From Sminthopsis crassicaudata (lineage: Eukaryota), in assembly GCF_048593235.1 (NCBI RefSeq), contig NC_133622.1:243912055-243976054 (forward strand): DNA of 64,000 bases, read 5' to 3'. Below, piece after piece: positions 49,569 through 62,549 of this stretch. Each line of letters opens with the position of its first letter. The first letter of the stretch is position 1. Under the pieces are notes generated by a model. That model worked only from the letters and a program-made list of their open reading frames with translations. It made no database searches and was not told where the DNA came from. The translations under genes and the position numbers were made by a program.

Positions 49569-49695
49569 TTTACAACATTATCCCTTGTATTCACTTTTCC
49601 AAAATTTCCCCTCCTTTGCTTTACTCCCTCCCCTAGATGACAGGCAATCCCATACATATTAAATGTGTTACAGTATATCCTAGATACAATATATG
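49475..49695 (-). mobile_element. Young L1 3' end with internal (ATT)14
   Basis: 16-bp TSD TACTTCA(T/C)CAACTTTT at 49459-74 and 49696-711. Confidence 0.85.
49527..49568 (+). repeat. (ATT)14 microsatellite
   Basis: Read directly. Confidence 0.95.
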
Positions 49696-52254
49696 TACTT
49701 CACCAACTTTTAAATGATCAATCTGCGTGTTTGTGTATGTGGCGGCGGCTGCTGCTGGTTTTGTCAGTATTGAGAGTTTTGAAATTGAATGAAAAATAGA
49801 TTGTGTTTTTTAAAAAAAAAAAAACCAGCATTTCTTTAGAGATCATAATATAATTTTGTTTCTTTTTATAGTTAATGCAGTTCAACAAATATTAGGCACC
49901 TGTTATATGTAATGGACTTTGATAGGTACTGGGTATAAAAGACAGCCAGCCAGACAGACAGAAAGAAAAGAGTTTACATTCTTCTGGGTGAATTTAGCAT
50001 ATATAGAGATTTCAAAATGGAAAATATTATGAAGAGGTCCCCTCTCTCCCCCTTAATTCTTTTCTAATTTACCGTAGAGATGATTTCCATTCAATGTTAT
50101 AGAAGAGGTGCAGGTTGGATCAATTTAATTTAAGAACCTTTTTATTTTTTTTTACCATATTTTAAAAGATTTATTTATTTGGTAATTTGTTATGTGTCTT
50201 TATTTTAACATTATTTACAGATTCAATAATGGCCTTCACTTTTAAACACTGCCTTCTTTGTTCTGCACTTTCATGAAGTAGCCCTCAGTTCATGTGACTG
50301 TTCCTATCTGAGCTAATCTGAAGCAATTTTGCAAGAACAGTAATATACAGTATGATATCCCACATTCCTTTCTATTTTCTCAGGTAGCCATGTTGATCTG
50401 GCAGGATATCAAGTGAATCATTTAAGTAACATTTATTGCTTATTATGTGCAATGCATTGTGATGATCAATTTTCATAATGCTTATTACTTGCTTTTTCAC
50501 TATGTTTTGAATTTTTACATTTCTGTTTCTTAGAACAGCCCAGAGTAGGAACTGCATTAGTTTGGGAATCCGAAGGTCAGGGTTTTAAATGCTGTGGTTC
50601 TACTATTTAAAGAATTTGTTAGCTTGAGCACTTGGCTAGTTTGGCTTCAATTTTCTCTTTCATAAAATCAGAGGATTGGGCTAGAATGAGCTCTATCTAA
50701 AGTCTCTTTTTGGCTCTCAATTCTATGATCCTTTAGCTGACTAAATCCTCATACAGTTCTTTCAAAGCTATCCAAAGTTGTCATTACTTCCTAACCATTG
50801 TTTTTTTTTTTTTTTTTTTTTTTTTGGTTCATTCCTGTACAAAACCTTGGGTACAGGTATTTCATATTAGGAGACTGAATCTAATGTTTATGTACTGATT
50901 ATTTTATATATAGGGTTCAAAGAGCAATATAGAAGGAAAGACTTTTGTGAAAGGTGGGGCTTGAATCTTGACAAGTGGATAGGGTCTGAATCGGCTTAGA
51001 AGAAAGAAGAGAAAATTAAGTTAGGGGTAACATCCATAGTCCAGCAATGGGAGCTGAAAGATGAAGGGCTGTTCTAGGAATAATGACAAGATTAAGCTTA
51101 TTGGAAGGGCGTGTTCTTCTCTAGATGTGAGATAAACTTGAACAGGTAGGGTGGGGTGAGATTGTGTAGGGCTGGGCCCAGGGTAATGCACTTTGTCCTA
51201 CGGGGAGCCACCTAGGATTTTGCAGGGTGGGGAGTAATTTGAGGAGAAAAGTGGCGTTCTGAGTAAATTGATCCAAAATCATCCCCCTTCGAAGATAATT
51301 GGGATTTTTTTTTTCCTTTTCATTCTGAAAAGGAAGTTCTCAACTCATATAATTTAATACTTAGTGAATATTATATTCTGGATTCCATACTAAACACTTA
51401 GACACACAGACACAGCCCCTGACCTTTGACATTGGAAGAGCATAATTTATGCCAGATATCTCAGTATGTTTGGATAAAAAAACGAATAAAAAGAATTCTG
51501 TGTGGTCAAGTTAAGTTGAAATCATGACGAAAACATGCATAATTATCTTTTTGAGATTCCCCCAGTTGAATTATCGGGGCAGTTTTGTAGTCTACATCAC
51601 TTGTTCTATTTGGTTCACAGATTTTTTGATTGGAAGAAAAAAAAAACAACACATATATTAAAGAAACTAATCAATTAAAAAAATTAAATCCCAGCAATGG
51701 AATTGTGATTTAGCTCAAAGACGATTATTCCAGCCCCCCCCCCATAAATGGACTAAATACATGCTTTCTGTCCCTCCCTCCCTTGAACTCCATCCCCTCC
51801 CCCCTCATGGGGGGGGCTGCTCCTTAGGAAGGGACATAGGAAGTTGAGAAAACCCTCACCAAACACCAATAACCAAAAACAATAAAATAATTTGATCTGT
51901 AAACCAGCATCTCTTTTGCCTGGACCCCCCTTCCATTCAGAAAGCAGGGGGAAGCGGAGACAAGGCAACCCCCCGCAGTCCCATCATCAAAGAGAACTCA
52001 GGAAATAGCTTAGGCTTGTTTCTATGCAAAGATTACTAAAAAAAAAATTCCCCAAACCAAACACCTTTTTTTTTTTTTTTCCCTCCTAGGCTCAGGCCCT
52101 GCCATCCTTCCTCTAGGATTGTATATCCTTTCCTTTTGCAATCTATCTAGATATACATGTTATATAAATGCATATGTATTTTTAAAAGTTCTGTGTCTTT
52201 TTCTGTCTCTTTTCTCTTTTCTTTTTTTTTTTTTCCCCTAATTCCTATAATAAA

Positions 52255-52351
52255 GTTTCCTATTGGATAAGGTCAGCTCCCTGATTTATGCCTGGTTTCT
52301 ATTGGAAGCGCTCAAAGGCTGACATCACTTAGGAAAGCGAGGGGGTAGGGC
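52255..52351 (+). promoter_or_regulatory. CTNND1 main (downstream) promoter
   Basis: ATTGG at 52262 and 52301 immediately before the gap. The sequence resembles the human CTNND1 proximal promoter as I recall it, and synteny supports the call. Confidence 0.6.
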
Positions 52352-52488
52352 NNNNNNNNNNNNNNNNNNNNNNNNNNNNNNNNNNNNNNNNNNNNNNNNN
52401 NNNNNNNNNNNNNNNNNNNNNNNNNNNNNNNNNNNNNNNNNNNNNNNNNNNNNNNNNNNNNNNNNNNNNNNNNNNNNNNNNNNNNNNN
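52352..52488. other. Assembly gap (137 N) over the probable CTNND1 TSS
   Basis: Run of N. Confidence 1.
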
Positions 52489-52864
52489 TTAAAGGAGGAA
52501 GAGGTGGAGAAAAATTAATTGCATTATTGTATTTGTCTTTCTCAGCAGTATTGGCAAGGATTTGGATTCCTTTTCGTAGAGGATTGTTTTTTTTAGAAGT
52601 CTGCAACCGAGGTGTGTGTATGTGTGGATAATGTGTACAGAAGGGGCACGAGAGACTAGCTAGTTTTTACATTTTTGCTAACGAGAGGGATTTTTAAAAG
52701 GTGCTGGCTGTTTGGGGAGAGATTCAGCTAGGCTGACTGATTTTGGAACAATTGTTTCCCTCTCAATTTCTGCTCCTTTTAATTTTATTTTTTAAAGCCA
52801 AACAGCAAGAAGGACCAAACTTCTGGGTCTCCAGCGCTGGGAGCTGGCTGAGCAGCTCCTGAGG
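52489..52864 (+). other. CTNND1: CTNND1 (p120-catenin) 5' non-coding first-exon region, partial; intron 1 continues to the window end; no CTNND1 coding exon in the window
   Basis: AAAGGAGGAAGAGGTGG...TTTGTCTTTCTCAGCA resembles the human CTNND1 5'UTR (from memory). Candidate donors at 52612 (GAG|gtgtgt) and 52865 (AGG|gtaaga); exact boundaries uncertain. Confidence 0.65.
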
Positions 52865-54369
52865 GTAAGAGCGGTCCTGTGAATTTGCCTTTTGGTGTAT
52901 TTTCGGATTGTATTATTTCCTTCTGGGTCTAAGGGAACACAATTACATAACCTTTAGTAACAAAAAATTTTCAAAGTTGGTTTTTTGGTGTATTGTGTGT
53001 GGGTTGAGACAGGAATTTGTCTTGAGGTCGAAAGCTGGTTTCACAGATGGCTTTTCATATGTTCCAAAACCTTATTTTACTTTTTTTCCCTGTTTGTGGA
53101 CGTGGAAAGTTGCAAGGAGATTTGCAGCTTAAGCTGTGGTAGTGGTTTCCCACTCCCTTTCTCTCCCCCCCCCCCCCCCCCCCCAGAGTGTGATTAAACT
53201 CCCCTAGTCTTGTTTCAGCCTCATGCTCCTGGGTGGATCCCGTTTTACTTTTCCAGGTGCAGTGGGTGGGAGCCTCATTCTCTTCTACTGGCCCTGCTGC
53301 TTTGCCTTTTAAAAGAAAACAAATGGATCCCCATTGACTGCTGCATTTGCCTTTTCTTAAAACTACCTTGGGTTACTAAGACTCCTCTCTCCCCCCCTTC
53401 CCTCCCGTCCTCCTCCTCCCCCAATCTCAAAAAAAACTATTTCGAAAGTTTTGGAATGAAGAGGTCTAAGTAGTTTTACTTGTGAATGGAAGAGAAAACA
53501 AGAAATGATTTTAGTTTTTTATTTCTTTAGGGACGATAGGGTTTAGCAGAAAGCTCTTTGCATACTCGCGTTTTCAATTCATTTGTAGAATTTTAAAAGG
53601 AAATCAATGTATTTTTTAAAAAGTGAAAGTTGTGTGGGTGAGTAGATTCTTAGTTGCTTTCCTAGAAGATCAGAAATCTGTAACATTGTAGGTACGGACT
53701 CCCCCTCCCTTACTTGAAGTCATTTTTATTTGTGAAATATTTTTTTCATATACTTTTAACACAATTTTAAATGATCACAGTCATTAGCAGTAGCCGGAAA
53801 CTTCTCCGTTTGCCTTTTTAATAATCAGAGCAACTCTAAAAATTAGAAATGAAATTGAATTCAGTGCCTAACTATCATACCTTTAACAGTCCCTTACATG
53901 TTTAAATTTTTAATTTAAATTAGGAAACTTTGATTGTTTTTACGTGCACAACTTGAGCATCTAGGGATTTGGCTTGCTTAAGGCTTTCAAAATAAAATGG
54001 AACGTTTTCCTTTTTGTGTGTGTCATGCTAAGGACCAAAGTGAAGTGGTTCTTAGAAACTCTATCAATACTTCTTTCTTCCTTGACTCTCCAGTCCAAAT
54101 TTAAAAAGAAAGGATGGTAAATCATACCATACCAGTGAAATGATTGATTTAGCCCTTTGGATTGTTGTTTTTTATTTGAATAGGTAGAAAAAATTTAGAG
54201 AATAGACATGTCCTTTTTTCTGCTTTAATTTCATCCTAAGGTTCTGAGTAGATTTTTGGATCATTTGAATTGCAGGTTGATCAATTATCCATCTAAATCT
54301 TTAAATGGGTATCTATTTTGAAAGATTACTAAGGCACAGTGATAGTAGGATCCAAGGAAGTGCCTAGAG

Positions 54370-54392
54370 CAGAGGTTTTTAATTCTTCGTAT

Positions 54393-54440
<48 letters not shown>

Positions 54441-54634
54441 AAGAGTTGGACAGACCCCTTTGGCAGTCTAGTGAGGCCTATTGAACCTCAGAATAATTTT
54501 AAAAATTAAAATGGAAGGAAATGCTCATTTTTAGTTAGATGTTAAGTTAAAAACAGAATTTTTTCCCATCCAAATGAATGCACTCCTCAGAAATATATCT
54601 TTTGAACTATGGACCCCAGGTTAAGAAACTTCTG
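54370..54634. mobile_element. hAT-Charlie-type MITE with an internal (GT)15(GA)6 microsatellite (54399-54440)
   Basis: TIR CAGAGGTTTTTAA / TTAAGAAACTTCTG; 8-bp TSD GCCTAGAG / GTCTAGAA (NTCTAGAN-like). Confidence 0.8.
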
Positions 54635-56899
54635 GTCTAGAATTAGTGGAGGCAGCTCTAGACATTCAGTGGTCTGGATTTTAGATTAGAAAGGAGATTT
54701 ATCTATTCTTTCATTTTCTGTCTAATCTTGAATAATTGTGGAAGGTTTGGAACTAGAGAAAAGGGTACCAAGATACTCCTCTTTAGGAAGTAGGCCTAAG
54801 GCCCTCCAATTTCAGTGCTAAGCTAAGTGGGTATATTTTTATGTTTTGTTTTCACCTTTGTAGTAATAGATCTTTTTTTTTTTTTTTTTTGTAATAGATT
54901 ATTTGATATTCTGTTGACTTTTGTTCCTGAAAAATCTATAAGTAGGAAAAAAACTCTCTAAGTAGGAGTGTTGGAACTAAATTTAGGAGTAAATTCCACA
55001 ACTGTATTTTCTTAGGCAAAGAGAAATGGGACTATAAAATTTGCCTTTAGCTGACATGGAATTTAGAGCATCTACTACCATTTTAAGAAAGCCCTAAATC
55101 ATTAAAACATCTGTCCAATTCCCTTAAGAGATGTAGGTGACAGGCTTGTGTATGTAACTAGTCTTTAAAAAGAAATTAGAATAACTGGAAAGAAAGAGAC
55201 TTGCCTTGAAAGAGTTGCCTTGAAGAAATCATTCTATCCCACTTTATACCCAGTTCCCCTTTATTTTCACTTCTCAGACCAAGACTGTTACTCTTTATAA
55301 TAGATGCTTTAAAATACAAACCCTACTAAATGGCAGCGTTTTCATCTTGTTCAAGGTCCTCCCTTTTCCGTAGTAGCTTAATGTACATTACATTTCTGCA
55401 ATTTCATCAAAGAAAACCTCTTAACTATCTACTATTTTCATGATGGGGGAAAGGGGATCTGGCCTAGAGGGGGTTACTGTTTCAACCTTTTGATGAGGAA
55501 GCTTGCCTTCTGTGTAGTATCTTGGGCTCACCTATGGTATTCTTTCTCTTAAGAACCTTTATATCATTTGGGCTAATCTTTGCTTCTTAGTCATTGGTCT
55601 GGCTGTAGGAACAAGTTGCAGATAGACTTGTGTTTAGCATTTAGGCACTGGATCCCTGAGGCTATAGTCCAAAATGTTGGAGGGAAGTTTTCATGATGCA
55701 AGAACAAATTCTAAATGCTAGTAAAAACCTGCCAACCTTATATGCTGTGTATTCAATATTCTTCCTCACCTTTTAAAAACCGTTGTTGTTTACTATATCT
55801 TCTTCCCCCATCCATCTCCTTCCCCCCCCCCCCCCATTACATACCTTCTGGCAAAAATGCTTATTTTTAGGCCTGGATCCAGTTTACTCCCAAGTCTTGA
55901 AGATTCCCAGTTGCCTTTCATTAGCATATCGAAACCTGCTAAGAGCTTTTTATATCTTCACTTTGGAAAGAACCTAATGTTTTGTTGGATTCATACTAGA
56001 AAGGCTATGTTTCACATTAATTTTCTACCTGAGATTCTTTCTCATATGCTGAGAATATTTTCCACTTTTTGCCACATTTAGAACTAATACATTTGACTAT
56101 AAATATTTCTAGAAGTGTGCACTTCGTTTTTCTGACACTACTTCATTTGAAGTAATGTCCACCTTGTGGTTACTTTGCTGTAGGAGGTTTTTTGTTCATG
56201 TGGTTTAATCTTTTCTTCCCCCCAAAAAAGGGTTAATGTGGCACTCAGTTGAAAATAGGGATTTCTCTGCTTAAATGCAGCTGCCTACAAGGTTGCCAAT
56301 AGAGCATTGATGTAGCCTGGCAAGGAGATTTTTGGAAGGAAGGAACAACTGCTCTGGTTTAGAATGTCCAATGGGGAATAGAGGGCATGCATTGATTTGT
56401 GTTTTTGTTGTGTAGCTTATTAGCCATTTTGAAAGTAGTTTGTCTCTTCAAACTTATACTTTCTATAATAACTTGTTATTAAATATTAAATAGTGAGAAT
56501 GGAACTTAGCTATCTTGGCATAGTAAAACTCCCAGTTGCTAGATAATCTAGATGAAATTTTAAGACTCCCTCAGAATGCATTAGATCTGTAATGTCCTGT
56601 TGTCTCTCAATTGTACTCCTTCCCTGGGAGGAGGTTTCTTTTCTGTAAATCCTTTTCTCTGTGAGCAGATCTAATATAGAAAGATGGGCGCAAAAAAAAA
56701 AAAAAAAGGCTCCCAAACTTCTGGATTTTGTTAGCCAATGATTAGAAATTGGGGACACGTTTACAAAACAATTTTATTAGGTTTCATTAAGTACTATGGT
56801 TGATTTTAGAATGTTAACTAATAGCAAATGGGCTTTTAATTTTTATTGTCTGCATTTTGAAAAGTTATTGGTGTTTATAATCAGTTCTTTATTTCAAAA

Positions 56900-57470
56900 C
56901 TCTGCTTTGTGACTCAGCAAATACACTCAGGACTCAAAACAAATCTCACAATGTATGCAAAATTTAGTTTTTTCTTTCTACTAAAGTCTCGATCTTTACT
57001 TTTCTATGAGATCTTCACTGTTTTTCTATTGTTCATAATTAAGCTTCCTTTATGTGATCTTTTCATTTATATCATTGTCATTGTGTATATTCTTTGATTC
57101 TACTTATTCAAGATCAAAGTTGTTCTTTTTTCCTGAATTTCTCAAAACAGTTTTTTCTTGGTATACCGTAAAATCTCATACAAAAGTCTATTTAGTCACT
57201 TCCCAGTGAATGGGTACATACTTTTTTTCCTATTTCTTTGCTACTGTTAAAAAATGATGCTATGAATATTTTGGTATATGTTGAATCTTGTGCTTGTAAC
57301 CATCTGACTTTCTTATCGTATATACCTAATGGTGAGATTGCTAGAACTAAAGTTGTTGGCTAATAATTACTTTTCTTACATACTTCCAGAATATTTGGAC
57401 TGCTCCAGAGGTCTAATAACAACTCATTGGTGTTCTGTTCTTCCCATACCCTTTTAACACTGACTTCTTA
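56900..57470 (-). mobile_element. Old L1 3' relic
   Basis: TTTAGTCACTTCCCAGTGAATGGG...TTGCTACTG...GCTATGAATATTTTGG. Confidence 0.65.
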
Positions 57471-59082
57471 AGTAAACTTCTTTTCAGGAGAATGCTATTT
57501 TTTGTGATATAAAAAACTTGGATCCAGTGAGGTTGCTGAATCTGTAGGTTTTGTGAAATAGGACCTATAATTGTCCATCCTCTTGGAAATGTCAGTAGAT
57601 TTTAACTTAGCAGCTTTTACTCTGTCTTCTGCACTATTGGGTCTATTAAGTGATCTGAGATGATGGACTTGTGACATCACCAGATGTCATTGAATAATAT
57701 ATTCAATTGTGACACATTTGATGGGTTTCCTCGTGGATATGAACACTTTAGTCATTTAATATAACTTGTTCAATGTTTGATTGTACATCATCCAGTAGTG
57801 TTTGATAGCCACTGTCTACCTTAGAAGGTAATGCATCAAGTAATCAGATTCCTTCAATAATAGTTTTATCTTTTTATAAAGTATTTTTATCAACACCAGT
57901 TAAGGTTAATTGGGTGAAATCAGTAACTTTGTTTTTGTTTTGATTACTAATATTTCTACTTTTCTTTTCATGTATCTATAAGTCCTAGAAACAGAAAAAA
58001 ATTCAAATATAGTAATCAGCAAGCTGCTTTTTTTATTCTCTCAAAGTGTTACCAAATTTAAAAAAAATTTCACAATGTGAAAAAATGCAGGATCAGTTAA
58101 AAAATGAAAAGTATTGTGAAATGTCTTCTAAAGTGATAATAGCATTCAATATTATTCTCTTATAAAATGCTTATTGCTAGCAAATGAGTCATATTTTTTA
58201 CTTAAATAAGTCATTTGTAAACATTAGGTTCAGAATAAAGTGGATCTGAAAAATTTATCTTTCAAACCAGTCTTCAGGTATTGAAAGCCATTAGTATGCA
58301 CTTAAATTTTTTAAAAGACTATAACTGCCAGATATTTATTGCACTTCTGTCTTTAAGTGAAAGTTTCTGCTTTCATTGTGTTTAGAACTTTGGTAGACTA
58401 AAATGAATGGTAGATGAGGATGGAGAAAAATGAAAAAATCCTATCCTTCATAAAATATTTGTGAGATACATGATGGTATCAAAGTTCAAATACAATTCCA
58501 TTGATTAGGTCTCTTGAGTAGAACCTAACTATAATATTCGGAGTTTTTCCTGCTTCTTTAAGGACAGGTTTATTTTTCCAGTTGTTTCTTCTGATCTATA
58601 CTTTTAGTGACCAGAGGCTAACCTGAAAGGAGCTGGACAGGCTGATATTAATAATACTTATTAAAGCTAGTTACTGAACCAGGATCTTTAGCTTGAGGTG
58701 TCATTTTATCTTAAAAGGATGAAACTTCCAATTCATGATGCTAATTGAACTTATAAAAATGAGGACCTTTTCTTCATGTCCTATTTATCAACCTAAACCA
58801 TGCTGTTTCTATCCAGAAAACCTGTAAAAACTTTTATTCCCATGAGCATATTTCCGACTTCAGGAAACTAAGTTTGAATCCTGGCTCTACCACATTAATT
58901 ATAAGTATGGGACAAATAATCAATCCAGTGCTTTAGTTTCCTTGTCTGTAAAAGGGACTTTGTTTTATATATATCTTACGAAGAAGTTGTGAGGGGAAAA
59001 AACAAACATTTTAAACATAAAAATACAGTTTAAATGTAAATTGTTTAAAACATAGTGACTTGACATTAAGAACTGAAAGGTT

Positions 59083-59225
59083 TTGGGGGCAGCTAGGTGG
59101 CGCAGTGGGTAGAGCATCAACCCTGAATTCAGGAGGACCCAAGTTCAAATCTAGTCTCAGACACTTAACACTTCCTAGATGTGTGACCCTGGGCAAGTCA
59201 CTTAACCCCAACCAGGGTGGGGGGG
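59083..59225 (+). mobile_element. WSINE1-like SINE lacking a poly(A) tail
   Basis: Perfect 15-bp TSD AAGAACTGAAAGGTT at 59068-82 and 59226-40. Confidence 0.92.
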
Positions 59226-59422
59226 AAGAACTGAAAGGTTCTGCTCTATGTTTTATAGAAGCTAGGAAGGAAATTAAGTCAACAAGTATCATTATTAGTG
59301 CATTGTACTAAGCACTGGGAATATAGCTGTAAGACAAATGACAGTCCCTGATGAGAAAATTTAGAGAAGTTCTTTTGATTCCTATTTATTTTAATATCTG
59401 TTTTTAACTATCAAACATTTGT

Positions 59423-61107
59423 ATTAATTTTGATTCTTGGGCCCAAGTAGGTAACATTTGACTAAACAGGGAGGTAGTTTTTTTCTCTTTTTCACTTTAT
59501 ATTCTTATCTTCTCTACTCTGAAGGACTGAATCTGTTTTTTCACTTGCCCTCATTTTATTTCTTAGGTCAGTATCATTCGTGTGCATTGCTTGACCCTGA
59601 TAGTAATTTTAAGTAGCTAAAGTAGCTTTTGATTCTTGTTCTAGAATAAGCAACATTTCTTTCTCCAAGGGGAAAAAAATTAACCACAGCCCATTGTATA
59701 CTAACATGAGCTTCTGTTGTGATTAGCTGCTTCAAAGTTATTTAGGCTCTATCTATTTGTATTTAAAAATGGAAAACTGGTGATTCAGTTCAACTAACAC
59801 CAAATGGCTGATGTGCAGGGTGGGGGGGGGGAGATTCAAAGTCACAAAAGAAGCCCCTTGAAGGCAGGGATTGTTTACTATCCACTACAAGGACACATCA
59901 TATATGTAAATACATAAAGCATGAGAAAAACAAAGCAAGTGTGTCCTTATTTGGGGGGGGTGCGTAGGAATGGAAAGAGATTTTATGGAGGAGGCATCTA
60001 AGTAGAGCCTTGAAAGGAAGATGATGTAAGGAAAATTACCATTCTCCCTAAGAATGCAAAATGTTATTGTATCAAGTTACAGGATTTTAGAGTTAGGGGG
60101 TGCTTTGGCCATCATTTAGTCCACTGCACTTACTTTGATAGATAAGAAAGTTGATGTTTAATCTATTTGTTACATATATATATGTTTGTTATTTCCCCCT
60201 GAAAATCCTAATGGGAGGTTTTTACTTCCTATGTGGGAATCTGGAAGATTTGACTTAAATACATTAAGGAATTGCTGTGGTACTTTAAGGTTGTAGAGGG
60301 AAAAGGATTTTGGTGGTAAGGAATTTTAATAAGCTAAACTATCACACTGACAGTGGAAGACATAAGACATTGTTAGAGAAACTAGGCCAACCTTTCAATA
60401 CAGTTATCAAAGCACCTGCAGTTCCCATTTCAGGGCAGGTGAAATGATCCTTATTGAACTGAAGTAGAGACTACATATCCAGCAAACTTTTAAAATAGAG
60501 GAGACCTATTTTAAAAGGGAAACTGGTGCCAATCTGATTCCTTTTCACTGCTCCTTTGTTGAAATTTTTCTCCATTGACTACCTTTAGAATTTGGTGAAG
60601 CAAGCCAGAATTTGCCACGTGAATGTTGAATGTCTAACCTGCTGAGAAGTCAGCTCATCAGGAAATACTGTAGGAAGTCCCCTCCCACCCTAGAAACAAA
60701 GGATGAAGCTCCGAAGAATTCGAAGTTTCAGAGTAACATAGATGTTTCATGGTATCTATTATTGTATTCCTATAATTCTGTACTGTCCCTCCCAATTTGC
60801 CATTGTTAATATTTTTTTGGAGTATCAGTATTTTGTTTAAGTTAAGCTTTAATAATAATAACAGTTGGCTGTGGAAAATTTGGTAGGGGGAGGTGAAATT
60901 GAAGGTTCTACCTTGTCTTTGGAGATAGCCCCTATCTAGTATTTATTCCTGAGGGCAAATGAAAAAACAGATTTAGTCCTTCAGAGCAGAAGAGACAAGA
61001 ATATAAAGTGAAAAGGAGAAAAAAATCAGGGAAAAGGCCATCAGTAACTGAACTACCTCCCTATTTAGTCAAATGTTACCTATTTTGGCCCAAGAGTCAA
61101 AATTAAT
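59423..61107. repeat. Inverted repeat: arms 59423-59553 and 60950-61107, spacer 1396 bp
   Basis: Hand alignment: 11 mismatches over 131 aligned nt plus one 27-nt indel. Confidence 0.92.
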
Positions 61108-61199
61108 CCCTTTAGTGCAAGAAGTCAGAGCTACATTTAGTTCTGTTTCTTCTTGACCAATTTTTTTTTTTCAGGCCTGGTGTGTTCTGTGCCCTTGGT

Positions 61200-61790
61200 C
61201 AGATATTTATTTTATTTTGAACTTAATAAACAAATATTTCACTTTATGTAGTATAATAGATAATGAGGACTGTAGGTGAAACAACCAGCCTGTTTTGTTC
61301 AGCTTGCTCTTCTTATTATATATGTTCAACTTGTAGCTTACAGAACTTTCCTGCTTCTCTGTGCTTCTTTCTAAATTTCCTTTTGCTGTCTTTCTTTCTG
61401 CATTTCTACCAAAAAATGAGTAACAAGCTTCACCATCAGCCCTCCAGAATTAAAGTTGACCTTTGCATTGACTAGTATCTTCAAGTCTTTCATGGTTTTG
61501 CCATATTGTTTTTGTTTCCTGGTTCTGCTCATTTTACTCTGAATCAGTTCATATAAGTCTTCCCAGGTTTCTGAAATAATCTTACTTCTATCATCTATGG
61601 AATAATACTTGATTATATTCACATTGGCATAATCTGCTCTGGCATTCTTCAATAAATAGCATCCTTTTTTCCTCTAGTTCTTGGCTATTACAAAAGAATT
61701 GCTTTAAAATAATTTTGTACATATGGATTCGGTCCCTGTTTATTTGATTTGGGGGGGTATAAACCTAAAGTGGTGTGATTGTGATTTGTT
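61200..61790 (-). mobile_element. Old L1 3' relic
   Basis: TTGTTTTTGTTTCCTGGTTCTGCTCATTTTACTCTGAATCAGTTCATATAAGTCTTCCCAGG. Confidence 0.7.
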
Positions 61791-62549
61791 CATTATTCCA
61801 AATTACTTGCCAATATCTTGGCCAAATATTTAATGTGAAATACCAGCTTTTTTTTTTTTTTTTTTTTTTTAGTCTTTTGCCCCCTTTTTTTTTTTAATCC
61901 TTTGAAATATATTCTTGCCCACTGGAGGACAGATTTGCTGATTGAACTGCACCCATATTCTCCCGAGCATCAGGAAAAATAATCAGTGATTTTATGTTTC
62001 TTTTATGTATCAGAAACAGATGTTGCTTGGATGGCTTAGGAATTGAGAAAGAGAGATCAATATTAATGATTGCTTATTTTAGGCAAATCCCGTAGGAGAA
62101 AGTTAAAGGATATAAACACCTCCCTCCTTTTTTCCTCCCTCTGTCCTGAATCACCCAGACTTGTACTTTCTCTTTCATGGCAAGGATAGTCACTTAGCTA
62201 CTTTGTCAAAGAGTCTCTCTGTTTTTTTCTTGATTTGGAATATAGCCCTAGAACTTGACCTGATTAAACTCTCCTTTCCCTTTAATTATACCTGTCTAAT
62301 TGTCATTTTGTTAACTTCATATCATTCTTGGGCGATGACCTCAAGCAGGAAACATTTTTTTTTCCCCCTTCACTTCTCCCTTTGTCAAATAACGATTGTT
62401 TGATGTAGGAAATAATCTAGACAATCCTCCAGATTTCCTGAAGACTGCACGTTAAATTAAGTGGGTGGCTTATTTCATTCTATAATAAATGGGGAGGCGT
62501 TAGAGGAGTAGCTAGCTATGGGATCACACATTTAGAGCTAAAAGGTACC

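Noticed and set aside
57490-57900. Protein-like minus-strand translation (possible decayed transposase or pseudogene)
   Set aside because: Multiple stops and no motif I can name; it needs a tBLASTx/HMM search before any claim.
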